From a virus: a stretch of 64,000 bases of DNA. The stretch covers positions 38,628 to 102,627 of IMG/VR virus record IMGVR_UViG_3300032304_002264, one strand, 5' to 3'. The notes beneath the pieces are model-generated. The model was not told where the DNA came from, ran no database searches, and saw only the letters and a program-made list of their open reading frames with translations. The position numbers and the translations under genes are program-made. Below are positions 30,584 to 40,605 of the stretch, in pieces (the first letter of the stretch is position 1; every line of letters starts with the position of its first letter).

Positions 30584-32858
30584 ATTTTTCTGTTCCTGGG
30601 AATCCGCCAAACGGCAAATCTATGCTTTGTTTAGCTCTGTTGACAATTTCTGCGATTAGGACGTTACCCACGCTGGAACTTTGAAAGGCAGAGGGAGAAT
30701 CTCCAGAAATAATTAATTTTTTCGATGAATTGTTCATTCCTGAGATGCCCGAAGTTCCATCGTTAATCGCCATTTCCCACCAGCCTAACAAACCTGTGGT
30801 GTTAGCCGACCTACCCGTGAAATCTCCATAGTCTTTAAAAACGCTCTGACTAGCTTCTTTTATTCTAACATCGACACCATTTGCGCCAGTCCAAAAAGCC
30901 GTTGGTCCAAATTTAATTGGGCTAATCAGTTTCATGTTAGCGGCGATTTGATTTGTCGCTCCCAATGGATTTGAGGTGAACTCGCTTCCCGTAGGAAATT
31001 GCCAATCATTTATTCCAAACTTAAAGCGATATTGATTGCTGACAATGCCGCTTTGATAATCGGGATTTTTAAATCTAAAGTATTCTCCAACTGAGCCTGA
31101 TAAAATATAAACACCAGTATGCGATGCACCGTCACTTAATTCGAGATAACCCGCACTTGTGGCGCTGGGCGATGTTCCCGTGGCATTACCGCCAGAACAT
31201 ATTAGATGCAGCGGTCGCAACTCATCGTTGTTCCATGGAATCGTTAAAGTTCTGTTCACCTGTTGAGTTAATGCTCCCGCTCCTGTGGTGCGAGTAGCGA
31301 AATCGAGCAGTAGATTTTTCCCTGAAGCATATAAATTAATACCGCTGTATCTACAGCCGCCGCTAATATTGTTGAATACGGAATAGAGTTCGTTGGGTTG
31401 ACTATTGCGACCGCTAAATCCAATCCATGTAGAAATTTGGAAAAAGTTATTTCTATGCAATGCGGTAGTCTCCAGATCGTTGTAAACTAAATGCGGAGGG
31501 TTTGTTTCGAAAATGGCGACCTCGCTTAAAGAGGGAATAGTGTCTACGCCGCTACCCGAAATAATAATTTTTTTGATTGATTGATTTGCAAATCCAGTGG
31601 TGGCTCGGGTTCCGTTTGTCGGAACAGCTAACGTTCCGCTACGAATCACCACGCCAGATTCATTAAATAAGCGGATATAAGCGTTATTGAAATTATAAGT
31701 CGAAACAGGGTCGTATAAATCAATTCTGTTAATGTTTCGAGGGCTAGACCATTCCAAGCCGAACATAGCGCCAGTTTTAGCAGTGCCAGTGGTGCGCCAA
31801 CTGCTATCTGTCTTTAAATCGACCGCTCGGAAAGTTTCAGACCCAGAAATTTGCGACGATCCCGATAAAGTAGCATTTGCGGCTATGTTATTATATCTTA
31901 GATTCCCAGTTCGAGATGTAAAATCAACAAAATTAGCCGTTCTCTGAACTGTCTTTTCGCCAAATTCAAGAGAGCCTTTGCCAAATCTCAACTGACATCC
32001 ATCAAGCTTTTTATTGCAGCCGTCCCGCTTCCAAAGAGATTGATTTTTGTCTGGTATTGTTAAGCTGGAGCCGCTATGATTTGCTTGACACACATACCAA
32101 ATTTTTGCAAACTCGCTCTGCGATGAATTAGATGGATTAGCGATGGTTATCTTTTTATTTTCAAGATAAGCGGCATCGCCAGAGCTGTAATATCGTTGTG
32201 CCGACCATTCTTTTAGGGCTTGATTCGTGAACCAATCTATCGGGTCTCCGACGATCAAACTTTCTCCCTCTTCCGTTGCAAGAGGAATTCCGTTATAGTT
32301 ACATCCATTGCCTCTATAATGCCACGAACAGTATCTTGACATAATCAAGCGGTTATTCACCTCAAAGTTTTCGAGGTCGAGCGGAGATGTTAGCTCTAGC
32401 TCAATAAAGACTTTATTTTCGGCGGTTTTTTGCCCCACCACGAACGTATCATTGGATAATTCGGCGGACGCATCAGCTTCCCCCCAAGGATTGCCGCCGT
32501 CGAAGTTAACATCGTCCAAGTATTTGACGAAAGTTCTTTTGCGTATAACTTTGGCGAATTGTAGATCGTCGTTATTGAGCAACAAATCGGTTGCGAAATA
32601 ATCCTTGTTGGAAATGCGCATTTTAGGACGAGACAATTGACCGTTAGCATTGACTTCGAAACCATCCGTTTCTACAGGAATGGGTAGATACTCTACGCCT
32701 TGCCATACAATGCCTTGATTATATACAGATCCCCCATGAAATGCAATAAATGCATCTGGCTTATCAACTGTATTGAAATACAGTAAAAAAAGCTCTATAA
32801 TAGCTGTAGGTTCCAGCTCTAATAAACCGCTCGCTATTCTATTTTGTCCTTGTGCCAT
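30576..32858 (-). CDS. minor tail protein L-like with large internal insertion
   Basis: IIELF, RKRTFVKYLD..NF, CSWHYRG..C, CNKKLDGCQLRF, terminal LPFGGFPG. Confidence 0.9.
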   Translation of the reverse strand: MAQGQNRIASGLLELEPTAIIELFLLYFNTVDKPDAFIAFHGGSVYNQGIVWQGVEYLPIPVETDGFEVNANGQLSRPKMRISNKDYFATDLLLNNDDLQFAKVIRKRTFVKYLDDVNFDGGNPWGEADASAELSNDTFVVGQKTAENKVFIELELTSPLDLENFEVNNRLIMSRYCSWHYRGNGCNYNGIPLATEEGESLIVGDPIDWFTNQALKEWSAQRYYSSGDAAYLENKKITIANPSNSSQSEFAKIWYVCQANHSGSSLTIPDKNQSLWKRDGCNKKLDGCQLRFGKGSLEFGEKTVQRTANFVDFTSRTGNLRYNNIAANATLSGSSQISGSETFRAVDLKTDSSWRTTGTAKTGAMFGLEWSSPRNINRIDLYDPVSTYNFNNAYIRLFNESGVVIRSGTLAVPTNGTRATTGFANQSIKKIIISGSGVDTIPSLSEVAIFETNPPHLVYNDLETTALHRNNFFQISTWIGFSGRNSQPNELYSVFNNISGGCRYSGINLYASGKNLLLDFATRTTGAGALTQQVNRTLTIPWNNDELRPLHLICSGGNATGTSPSATSAGYLELSDGASHTGVYILSGSVGEYFRFKNPDYQSGIVSNQYRFKFGINDWQFPTGSEFTSNPLGATNQIAANMKLISPIKFGPTAFWTGANGVDVRIKEASQSVFKDYGDFTGRSANTTGLLGWWEMAINDGTSGISGMNNSSKKLIISGDSPSAFQSSSVGNVLIAEIVNRAKQSIDLPFGGFPGTEKYG

Positions 32859-32891
32859 GTATCAGTTTACACTTTATTATAAATATAAAAA

Positions 32892-33362
32892 ATGAACTTT
32901 CAGCAGTTAAAAAACAATGATCAGATAGTTGAATCAGCGGTAATAGATTTTTGCATTCACTCTAAGCCTTATGATTTTTGCTCGATAAAAAACCACTCTG
33001 TCAAGTTGATACAAATTAAAAAATATTACGAATATCTTTTGCAAGAGTGCGATATTTTTTACGTTACAGAGAATCAAAGGGTTGTATTTTTTATCGCCAT
33101 ATCCGCATACGATGACCGTGTAGAAATGCAGTTTGTTTTTAGCGACACATTCGATTTGATTAAAAACGCAAAAGCTTTTAGGGAATTTTATTGGAAACAG
33201 TTCGATTGCTCCGCACCCTTTGTGGGCGTGGTCAAACGACACCACAAATTAAAAAAATATTTAAATTACATTAAAAAAAGAGACCCTGACGCAAAAATTC
33301 TTCTTGACAATGGTGAGATTTTGGTATTATATACCAGAGATGGCGTACAAAAACAAATATGA
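32892..33362 (+). CDS. hypothetical protein
   Basis: 156-aa ORF divergent from the tail operon. Confidence 0.6.
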   Translation: MNFQQLKNNDQIVESAVIDFCIHSKPYDFCSIKNHSVKLIQIKKYYEYLLQECDIFYVTENQRVVFFIAISAYDDRVEMQFVFSDTFDLIKNAKAFREFYWKQFDCSAPFVGVVKRHHKLKKYLNYIKKRDPDAKILLDNGEILVLYTRDGVQKQI

Positions 33363-33858
33363 TAAAACGGGCGAAGCGAGTCAAATCGGCGAAAAAGCTG
33401 AGTGTTCGTTCGAAACTTCCATTGCTAAAGCTGGCTTTTCTTGTCAAAAATCCTCTTTCCCAGAAGAAATGAGGCACATCGACTTTTGGATCGAGGGCAT
33501 TAAGACACCGCGAACAGCAGTGGATGTGAAATCCCGCAAAAAAGTCAAACGAGCCGACGACAAATTTAATGACGAGGTGGTGTGGATTGAATTCGCCAAC
33601 GTGCAAGGCAAAAGGGGTTGGCTATATGGAGATTCTGACATTATTGCTTTTGAGCGTCCCGAAGACTTTCTACTGGTTAACCGAAAACTTTTGGCGCGTT
33701 TGTGCGAAAAGCTTTGCGACCTCTCGAAACTAAACGTGGATATCAAAATGCCCCTCTACACTGGCTACCAAAGAAAAGGCCGCAAAGATCTTCTTTCTTT
33801 GATTAAAATGACAGACATTACAACTCACATAAAGTATACCGCACTCGCAAAGCAATGA
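33340..33858 (+). CDS. PD-(D/E)XK nuclease-like protein
   Basis: HIDFW...VDVKSRKK, WIEF..GKRGWLYG. Confidence 0.7.
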   Translation: MAYKNKYDKTGEASQIGEKAECSFETSIAKAGFSCQKSSFPEEMRHIDFWIEGIKTPRTAVDVKSRKKVKRADDKFNDEVVWIEFANVQGKRGWLYGDSDIIAFERPEDFLLVNRKLLARLCEKLCDLSKLNVDIKMPLYTGYQRKGRKDLLSLIKMTDITTHIKYTALAKQ

Positions 33859-34100
33859 AAATGCCCAAATTTACAGTCATCGGCGAAAATAGTTTGTTTC
33901 CGTGGAAGCTCGGAGACGAGCCTGTTTGCGAAGAATTCGAACCGCTGCCCGAAAATCTACACAAATTAATTCTTGACAAAATCAAATACGTGATCCAAAT
34001 TAACTCCGCCAAATTTCACAACAATGAAGCGTTCATCGAGTGCTACATTACCAATAATTTTGACACAGGAACTGTCGCTTTTAAATTGACTTATGAATAG
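33855..34100 (+). CDS. hypothetical protein
   Basis: ATGA-coupled ORF. Confidence 0.55.
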   Translation: MKMPKFTVIGENSLFPWKLGDEPVCEEFEPLPENLHKLILDKIKYVIQINSAKFHNNEAFIECYITNNFDTGTVAFKLTYE

Positions 34101-34158
34101 TTTTCAAACTTTTACCGCGATTATTCTTCTCATCATTTTAGAAACAATAAAATAAAAT

Positions 34159-34359
34159 ATGCAATACAACAAATATAGAGTATTTGACAAAAAAAACAAT
34201 TTTCATCAATCGTATGATGAAGCACTACAGGGAGCCGAACAGTTTGCCAAAGACTGCGCTCGCCAAATTAAAGGCTTTGTATTGAAATACAGCGAAACTG
34301 ATTTTTTCAAAAGCGAAAATCCTTTTAAGCTTTACGATTTCACAGATCAGCCGAAATAA
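34159..34359 (+). CDS. hypothetical protein
   Basis: 66-aa ORF. Confidence 0.55.
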   Translation: MQYNKYRVFDKKNNFHQSYDEALQGAEQFAKDCARQIKGFVLKYSETDFFKSENPFKLYDFTDQPK

Positions 34360-35015
34360 AATGAGTGCATTTTTCGTGGGAGATTCGCCCATTTATAAAA
34401 AACATTCATTTTTCTGCGCAATCCAATATCGCTATTAATCAGACTTTCACAAAACTTTTTCTTATTTTCATTTTTTAAAACTTCAACGACAGAGCAGCGA
34501 TGTGTTTTACCATTTCCACTTATCCTTTCTTTTTTATAAATAGCGTATTTTAATCCATATACTTGAAAATGATCTTCTAGGAAATCCCAATTTTGATTTA
34601 TGTCTCCGTTGAAACTGACTCTAAATGAACCATTCTTGTGCAAGGAGATAGATCCATCTCCATCCAGAAATCCCTTGATAAAAAACATCTTCATATTTTC
34701 CGAAAGGTCAAAATATAATTTACATCCATCTAGTTTTTTATGAAAATTGTATGCTTTAAAAAATTCCATAGACTCCTGCTTGCAAAGACTAATAGCGCAT
34801 TGTTTCGTCGTCGAATTTTTTCGCAACCGAGTTCTGTATTTCCAAAACCCTAAAGTCTTCAACAAATCCCATATATTTAAAAAATCCTCTTCTTTAATTT
34901 CAAAAGAAAACCCGTAGCCCTTGCTGGCTGGAGGTTTTCCAAAATAACAGTCAGCCCAAAAATACCCCAAAAGATAGCAATGGATTGGATCGTTTAAATT
35001 AAAATTTAATTTCAT
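34347..35015 (-). CDS. LAGLIDADG homing endonuclease, antisense to neighbours
   Basis: YLLGYFWADC and FIKGFLDGDGSI. Confidence 0.85.
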   Translation of the reverse strand: MKLNFNLNDPIHCYLLGYFWADCYFGKPPASKGYGFSFEIKEEDFLNIWDLLKTLGFWKYRTRLRKNSTTKQCAISLCKQESMEFFKAYNFHKKLDGCKLYFDLSENMKMFFIKGFLDGDGSISLHKNGSFRVSFNGDINQNWDFLEDHFQVYGLKYAIYKKERISGNGKTHRCSVVEVLKNENKKKFCESLINSDIGLRRKMNVFYKWANLPRKMHSFYFG

Positions 35016-35054
35016 CGTGAATTCCTTTAAAATAATTACACACATTATAAAATT

Positions 35055-35585
35055 ATGTCCGTTTATTTCTGTTCAGATTTTCATCTCTCTCATAAAAATA
35101 TTGCAAAATTCCGTCCATTTGTCAAAGATGTTGAAGATAATACTCGACTTCTGCTTCATTATTGGAATCAAACCATTAATAAAAATGATATCGTATATTG
35201 TTTAGGAGACATGGCATTTGACAAAAATGGATTAAATGCGTTGGGCGATTTAAAAGGCAGAAAAATACTTATTCGAGGAAATCATTGTGATTTGGTTTCT
35301 ATTAATGATTTAACCAACGTTTTCGAGGAGGTTCACGGCATGTTGTCGTATAAGAAGCTGTGGCTTACTCACTGCCCAATTCATCCGCATGAAATGCGCG
35401 GTCGAGTCGCTAACGTGCATGGACACGTTCACGCCAAAAGCATTCAAAAGAGAACGTGGTATGGAGCTTGGAAAGACGATCCCCAATACATCAATACTTG
35501 TGTTGATCATGTTTATGAAAAAACTGGCGGGCGAAACATCTTCACCTCTTTAGAAGAAGTTCGAACTCGGCTAAATTTAAAATAA
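35055..35585 (+). CDS. calcineurin-like metallophosphoesterase
   Basis: SDFH, LGD, RGNHC, THCP, HGHVH. Confidence 0.88.
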   Translation: MSVYFCSDFHLSHKNIAKFRPFVKDVEDNTRLLLHYWNQTINKNDIVYCLGDMAFDKNGLNALGDLKGRKILIRGNHCDLVSINDLTNVFEEVHGMLSYKKLWLTHCPIHPHEMRGRVANVHGHVHAKSIQKRTWYGAWKDDPQYINTCVDHVYEKTGGRNIFTSLEEVRTRLNLK

Positions 35586-35603
35586 AATGTATCGTCACAA
35601 CAT

Positions 35604-35888
35604 ATGAAAATCCGCATTAAATATCAGGATATTGTCAATTATGTTTTGGGCTCATGCAGCTATCATCCTCTAGAGCTTGAAATTGACCCCATGAGATATG
35701 AGATAAAAGCCAATAGCATTTTAGACACCAAAGCTCAAATTGAACACCCACAAGAAGAAGACTATTGCAATTTCATTGCGAAAGTCGAACAGCTAAAACT
35801 GGCGGCGCATGATTTTAATCCGTTGCAAGTGCAAGAATTTTGCCGCGAAATAGAAGATTTTTCCCCACTAGAAATTAACTTATTATGA
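35604..35888 (+). CDS. hypothetical protein, paralogue of 57702-57983
   Basis: shared DI..YV.G..SY..LE..DP.RYE...C.EI....P.EI pattern. Confidence 0.7.
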   Translation: MKIRIKYQDIVNYVLGSCSYHPLELEIDPMRYEIKANSILDTKAQIEHPQEEDYCNFIAKVEQLKLAAHDFNPLQVQEFCREIEDFSPLEINLL

Positions 35889-36151
35889 TCTCCACACAAG
35901 TATCACAACTCATTAATGTTAATCTATCTGATTCAGAAGCTAAAGATATTGTTGTCAAATATGTTTGCGCGTCATTTAACTGGCAAGCTTCATATTTTAT
36001 ACGCATAGATGAAAAAAGCGGCGAAGATTGGGTATTTAACAGATCGACCTTCTATTCGTCCCATTCTTTTGATTGTGAAACAAGAATGAGAAAAGCGTCA
36101 GAACGAGACAAATTAGCATATCAATTTCTAAAAGAAATAACAAGCACTTGA
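35885..36151 (+). CDS. hypothetical protein
   Basis: ATGA-coupled ORF. Confidence 0.55.
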   Translation: MISTQVSQLINVNLSDSEAKDIVVKYVCASFNWQASYFIRIDEKSGEDWVFNRSTFYSSHSFDCETRMRKASERDKLAYQFLKEITST

Positions 36152-36174
36152 AAAAATAGTGTAAATATGAGAGC

Positions 36175-36777
36175 GTGAAAAGTTTTTTCTCAAAATTAGC
36201 GAGTCAGTTTGGGTTTAAAAAAAACCTTTCTGGCTCTTCTTCTATTGAATCTAAAACTTTCGACAAAATGCCCAACAAATATCCCGAAAAAATCGCTCTA
36301 TCGCCGCAAACTAATGGCCTTTATGCTCGTAAAATCCAGCCTAAAGCGATTGTAATGCACGATACAGAAGGCAATTACAGCGGATCAATTGACTGGACCA
36401 GTCGGATCAACAATCCGTCAACTGGCAAACGACTTTACGCGAGCTATCACTGCATTGTTGCGCGAGATGGGCGCAGAACAGTCACTAATCGCGACGACAA
36501 TAGAGCGTATCACGCTGGCGCTAGTTCGTTCAAAGGCATGACGAGTCTCAATAATTTCGCCATCGGTGTAGCGTTTGAGAGAAGTTCTTACGGCGAGCCT
36601 CTGCAAGCCGCCGCTATTGAGTCTGCTATTGAATATATCGCGCCTTTAATGAAGAAATGGGACATTTCTATTGATATGGTTACTGATCATAGAACAATCG
36701 CTCCGAACCGCAAAAAAGATCTCAATCCGAAGGAGTTTGCTAAGTTTCACGAAGCGTTAAAAAAGCATTTAAAATAA
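36175..36777 (+). CDS. endolysin, N-acetylmuramoyl-L-alanine amidase (Amidase_2)
   Basis: IVMHDTEG, ASYH, AYHAG, NNFAIGV, DH...RKKD. Confidence 0.88.
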   Translation: MKSFFSKLASQFGFKKNLSGSSSIESKTFDKMPNKYPEKIALSPQTNGLYARKIQPKAIVMHDTEGNYSGSIDWTSRINNPSTGKRLYASYHCIVARDGRRTVTNRDDNRAYHAGASSFKGMTSLNNFAIGVAFERSSYGEPLQAAAIESAIEYIAPLMKKWDISIDMVTDHRTIAPNRKKDLNPKEFAKFHEALKKHLK

Positions 36778-36802
36778 AAAAAAACAGTGTAAATATCTGC
36801 AA

Positions 36803-37120
36803 ATGGAGCCAGAGAAATCACTGATTAAAGAATTTATGGACGGCGGATGGATTATCCCCGTTATTGGCTCGGCGGCGATGCTTGCTCGTCTACTTTCCGC
36901 TCAGAAAAAGATTGGAGTGATTGAATACTTCAAAAAAATAACCGCTGCGGCGATTGCTTCTTCTATTGCTTGGTTTATTTTGGAGCAGACGGACATTTCT
37001 TCGCTTTACAAAGCAATTTGTTACGGCGTTATCGGCGTTATCAGCCCAGAAATAATCAATGGAATCATTAAACTTGGCAAGAAATTCCAAGCAGATCCTG
37101 AAAAATTCATCAAAAAGTAA
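36803..37120 (+). CDS. putative holin
   Basis: about 3 hydrophobic segments and a basic C-terminus, next to the amidase. Confidence 0.7.
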   Translation: MEPEKSLIKEFMDGGWIIPVIGSAAMLARLLSAQKKIGVIEYFKKITAAAIASSIAWFILEQTDISSLYKAICYGVIGVISPEIINGIIKLGKKFQADPEKFIKK

Positions 37121-37225
37121 TTTTATTACTCGCCGCGAGCGTTATAATTATAGTTCTTGCTTATTCTGAATAAGAATGAAGGGTTTTTTAAAAAAAACTC
37201 AACAAAAACTGTGTAAATAACGATA

Positions 37226-37567
37226 ATGCCAAGACACTTACAATCCGAAATACATTCTGATTTCTCATCTGAGAGTGGCGTTTGGGCTAATTATAAAACT
37301 TTAATCCTGAATCTTTATAACGCCTCGACAGATCCATTAAAAACAGATTTCGACAATCATTTAATCAGAGAATACAATAGAAAGATTCACAATCTCGGTC
37401 AAAATGTTTCTTTGTTTATAACGCCTTTCGACGCTGGATATAGGTTCGTCGGTGGTGGAGAAACGCCAGACGCGAATTATGTTTTCGTGTATACTATAGA
37501 CAATGAACAAGTCTTCACTAATACAGATCAAGCCGTTCAAGTTCCAGATGATTACGCTAACTCTTAA
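37226..37567 (+). CDS. hypothetical protein
   Basis: GTGTAA motif upstream; first gene of the LRR operon. Confidence 0.6.
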   Translation: MPRHLQSEIHSDFSSESGVWANYKTLILNLYNASTDPLKTDFDNHLIREYNRKIHNLGQNVSLFITPFDAGYRFVGGGETPDANYVFVYTIDNEQVFTNTDQAVQVPDDYANS

Positions 37568-37579
37568 TATCGAATAAAA

Positions 37580-38713
37580 ATGGCAAAATTAACAGCATCC
37601 CAAGACGTATCCGAATTCTTAGCTTCAGCCAACAAGGTTGATGCTAGGGGCGTTCTTGGTGCTGTAGAAACAGAAGATTTGATTAGTATGACATTAGTTA
37701 CCGCTGCTAATGATACTGTTAAAGGCTACGTCGGGAATATCGGCGCTCTGGCTTTTTACAGTCAATCGACTTTAAAAGGATTGTCGTTAGGATCGAGTGT
37801 CACTTCGATTGGAATGTATGCGTTCCGATACAATACTGGTTTTACAGGCTCTTTAACTATTCCCAATTCAGTGACTACAATAGGAAGCTATGCGTTCGAT
37901 GGCTGCACTGGTTTCACGGGCTCTTTAACTATTGGCAATTCTGTCACTACGATTGGAAGCAGCGCGTTTTATGATTGCAATTTTACAGGAGCTTTAACGA
38001 TTCCCAATTCCGTTACTTCGATTGGAAGCGATGCGTTTCAATATTGTTCTAGTTTCACAGGCTCTTTAACGATTGGCAATTCTGTCACTACGATTGGAAG
38101 CGGCGCGTTTTACGGTTGCACTGGTTTCACTGGTTCTTTAACTATTGGCGATGCAGTGGTTTCGATTGGAAACGGCGCGTTTTACGGTTGCAATTTTACA
38201 GGTTCTTTAACTATTCCTAATTCGGTCACTTCAATTGAGACTTATGCGTTTTACGATTGCAGTGATTTTACAGGTTCTTTGACTATTCCCAATTCCGTTA
38301 CTTCAATAGCAAGCTATGCGTTCATCAATTGCACTGGTTTTAATGGATCTTTAACTATTGGCGATGCAGTGGTTTCGATTGGAAACGGCGCGTTCCAAAG
38401 CTGCAATGGTTTCATTGGTTCTTTAACTATTGGCAATTCGGTCACTTCGATTGGGGACAATGCTTTCCAATTCTGCTCTGGTTTAACGGGAACTTTAACC
38501 ATTGGCAACTCAATTGGCAGTATTGGCGATTATGCATTTAAAGACTGTTCTTCTATAACAGTAGTTAATATTTTAGCTACCTCTGCACCAACTATTGGAC
38601 CACAAGCATTCTATAATATGACTGCCGTTAGCCCAGCAGAAATTCATGTCCCTGTCGGAGCTACTGGATACGACGCAAGTTATAATGGACTAACCGTCGT
38701 TTACGACCTCTAA
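37580..38713 (+). CDS. BspA-type (LRR_5) leucine-rich repeat protein 1
   Basis: about 11 repeats of LTIxNSVTSIGxxAFxxCxGFTGS. Confidence 0.9.
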   Translation: MAKLTASQDVSEFLASANKVDARGVLGAVETEDLISMTLVTAANDTVKGYVGNIGALAFYSQSTLKGLSLGSSVTSIGMYAFRYNTGFTGSLTIPNSVTTIGSYAFDGCTGFTGSLTIGNSVTTIGSSAFYDCNFTGALTIPNSVTSIGSDAFQYCSSFTGSLTIGNSVTTIGSGAFYGCTGFTGSLTIGDAVVSIGNGAFYGCNFTGSLTIPNSVTSIETYAFYDCSDFTGSLTIPNSVTSIASYAFINCTGFNGSLTIGDAVVSIGNGAFQSCNGFIGSLTIGNSVTSIGDNAFQFCSGLTGTLTIGNSIGSIGDYAFKDCSSITVVNILATSAPTIGPQAFYNMTAVSPAEIHVPVGATGYDASYNGLTVVYDL

Positions 38714-38717
38714 TCAA

Positions 38718-39494
38718 ATGGCTAAATTAACAGCATCACAAGACATCTCTGAATTCCTAGCTTCCGCCAACAAAGCTGAAGCCGTAGGAGTTCTTGAAGC
38801 TATCAAAACAGAAAACCTACTTGCTTCAACGCTAATCGTCCAAAGCGATGACACGGTAAAAGCGTATCTTGAGAGTATTGGTGATGAGGCTTTTATGGGT
38901 CAATCGACTTTAAAAGGCTTGTCGTTAGGATCGAGCGTCGTTTCGATTGGACAGGATGCGTTTCGAGACTGCTCTGGTTTCGCAGGTTCTTTAAACATTC
39001 CTAATTCAGTGACTTCAATAGCAAGCTATGCGTTCATCAATTGCACTGGTTTTAATGGATCTTTAACTATCGGGAATTCAGTGACTACGATTGGAAGCTT
39101 TGGGTTCTATCGTTGCGGTTTTACAGGCTCTTTAACTATTCCAAATTCAGTCATTTCGATTGGAGAAGGAGTGTTCCAAGACAGCGATGGTTTTAATGGA
39201 TCATTAACCATTGGAAATTCAGTCGCTGCCATCGCAGCCCTCGCTTTCCAAAACTGCAATGGTCTGACAGGATCTTTGAGTATTCCAAATTCGGTCACTG
39301 GCATTGGGTTTGGTGCATTCGGCAACTGCGCTGGTTTCTCACGAATCAATATAAATCGTTTTACCGCGCCGACCATCGGTGCAGTTGCGTTTGATAACTG
39401 CACAGGAGTATCTCCAGCAGTTATCCACGTTCCATCTGGCGCGAGTGGCTACGCCGCAAGTTATGATGGACTAACCGTCGTTTACGACCTCTAA
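38718..39494 (+). CDS. BspA-type LRR protein 2
   Basis: same repeat; same MAKLTASQD N-terminus and GLTVVYDL C-terminus as protein 1. Confidence 0.9.
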   Translation: MAKLTASQDISEFLASANKAEAVGVLEAIKTENLLASTLIVQSDDTVKAYLESIGDEAFMGQSTLKGLSLGSSVVSIGQDAFRDCSGFAGSLNIPNSVTSIASYAFINCTGFNGSLTIGNSVTTIGSFGFYRCGFTGSLTIPNSVISIGEGVFQDSDGFNGSLTIGNSVAAIAALAFQNCNGLTGSLSIPNSVTGIGFGAFGNCAGFSRININRFTAPTIGAVAFDNCTGVSPAVIHVPSGASGYAASYDGLTVVYDL

Positions 39495-39498
39495 TCAA

Positions 39499-40569
39499 AT
39501 GGCCAAATTAACAACATCACAAGACATCTCCGAATTCTTAGCCTCAACCAATAAGGTCGAGGCTCTAGAAGCTCTTGAATTACCACTAACAAAAGATCTT
39601 GTTGGCATCACTCTAATTGCTGATGCATCCGACAATATAAAAGGATATGTTGGGGATATTGGTAGTGGCGCTTTTAACTACCAAGGAACATTGAAAGGTT
39701 TGTCATTAGGATCTAGCGTCACTACGATTGGAAACACTGCGTTCGAAGGATGCAGTGGTTTAACAGGATCTTTAACTATTGGTAATTCAGTCACTTCGAT
39801 TGGAGACTATGCGTTCTCCTTTTGCTTTGGTTTTACAGGATCTTTAACTATTGGTAATTCAGTCACTTCGATTGGAGACTATGCGTTCCGCAATTGCAGT
39901 GGCTTTACAGGAACTTTAAATATTGGCAATTCTGTCTCTTCGATTGGAGACTATGCGTTCCACAATTGCAGTGGCTTTACAGGAACTTTAAATATTGGCA
40001 ATTCTGTCTCTTCGATTGGAAGTTATGCGTTTTATACGGGAACAGATAACTTCAGCGATTTGATTCTAGGTTCTGGTTTAGTTACCATAGGCGACCGAGC
40101 TTTTAGTGGACAGTCTTTTACAGCCTCCATGCCATCTTTTAACAGTGTAACTAGTATTGGCAGTTATGCGTTTACTTATCCACAGTTTGCGGGTGTATTG
40201 AACCTGCCGTTGATAGAGACCATAGGCAATAACGCTTTTTATGCAGCAGCAAACATTACCTCCATCAACTTTGGAAATAGCCTGACCTCTATTGGAGACA
40301 GCGCATTCAGCGGTTGCTCTGGCTTAACAGGGTCTTTAACAATTCCGAGTTCAGTTACAAGTATCGGTAATAATGCGTTTGGAAATTGCGTTGGTTTAAC
40401 CAATGTCAATTGTAGGACTACTCTCACTGTTCTTGACAATACGAGTGCCTTATCAGGAACTAGTGTAACAACTATTCACGCTCTCACTAGTGATGCTACA
40501 TGGACTGCTGGTGCAGGTCAAACAATCGGAGGAAAAACAGAAATAACTGTAATAAAAGACCTAACATAA
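39499..40569 (+). CDS. BspA-type LRR protein 3
   Basis: same repeat family and N-terminus. Confidence 0.9.
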   Translation: MAKLTTSQDISEFLASTNKVEALEALELPLTKDLVGITLIADASDNIKGYVGDIGSGAFNYQGTLKGLSLGSSVTTIGNTAFEGCSGLTGSLTIGNSVTSIGDYAFSFCFGFTGSLTIGNSVTSIGDYAFRNCSGFTGTLNIGNSVSSIGDYAFHNCSGFTGTLNIGNSVSSIGSYAFYTGTDNFSDLILGSGLVTIGDRAFSGQSFTASMPSFNSVTSIGSYAFTYPQFAGVLNLPLIETIGNNAFYAAANITSINFGNSLTSIGDSAFSGCSGLTGSLTIPSSVTSIGNNAFGNCVGLTNVNCRTTLTVLDNTSALSGTSVTTIHALTSDATWTAGAGQTIGGKTEITVIKDLT

Positions 40570-40605
40570 TCTTGAATCTCATAAATCTGCTCATATTATA
40601 TAAAT

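Noticed and set aside
37580-40569. CRISPR array or DGR variable region
   Set aside because: The repeats are in-frame LRR coding units with no unique spacers. No reverse transcriptase or adenine-specific template/variable pair is present in the window.
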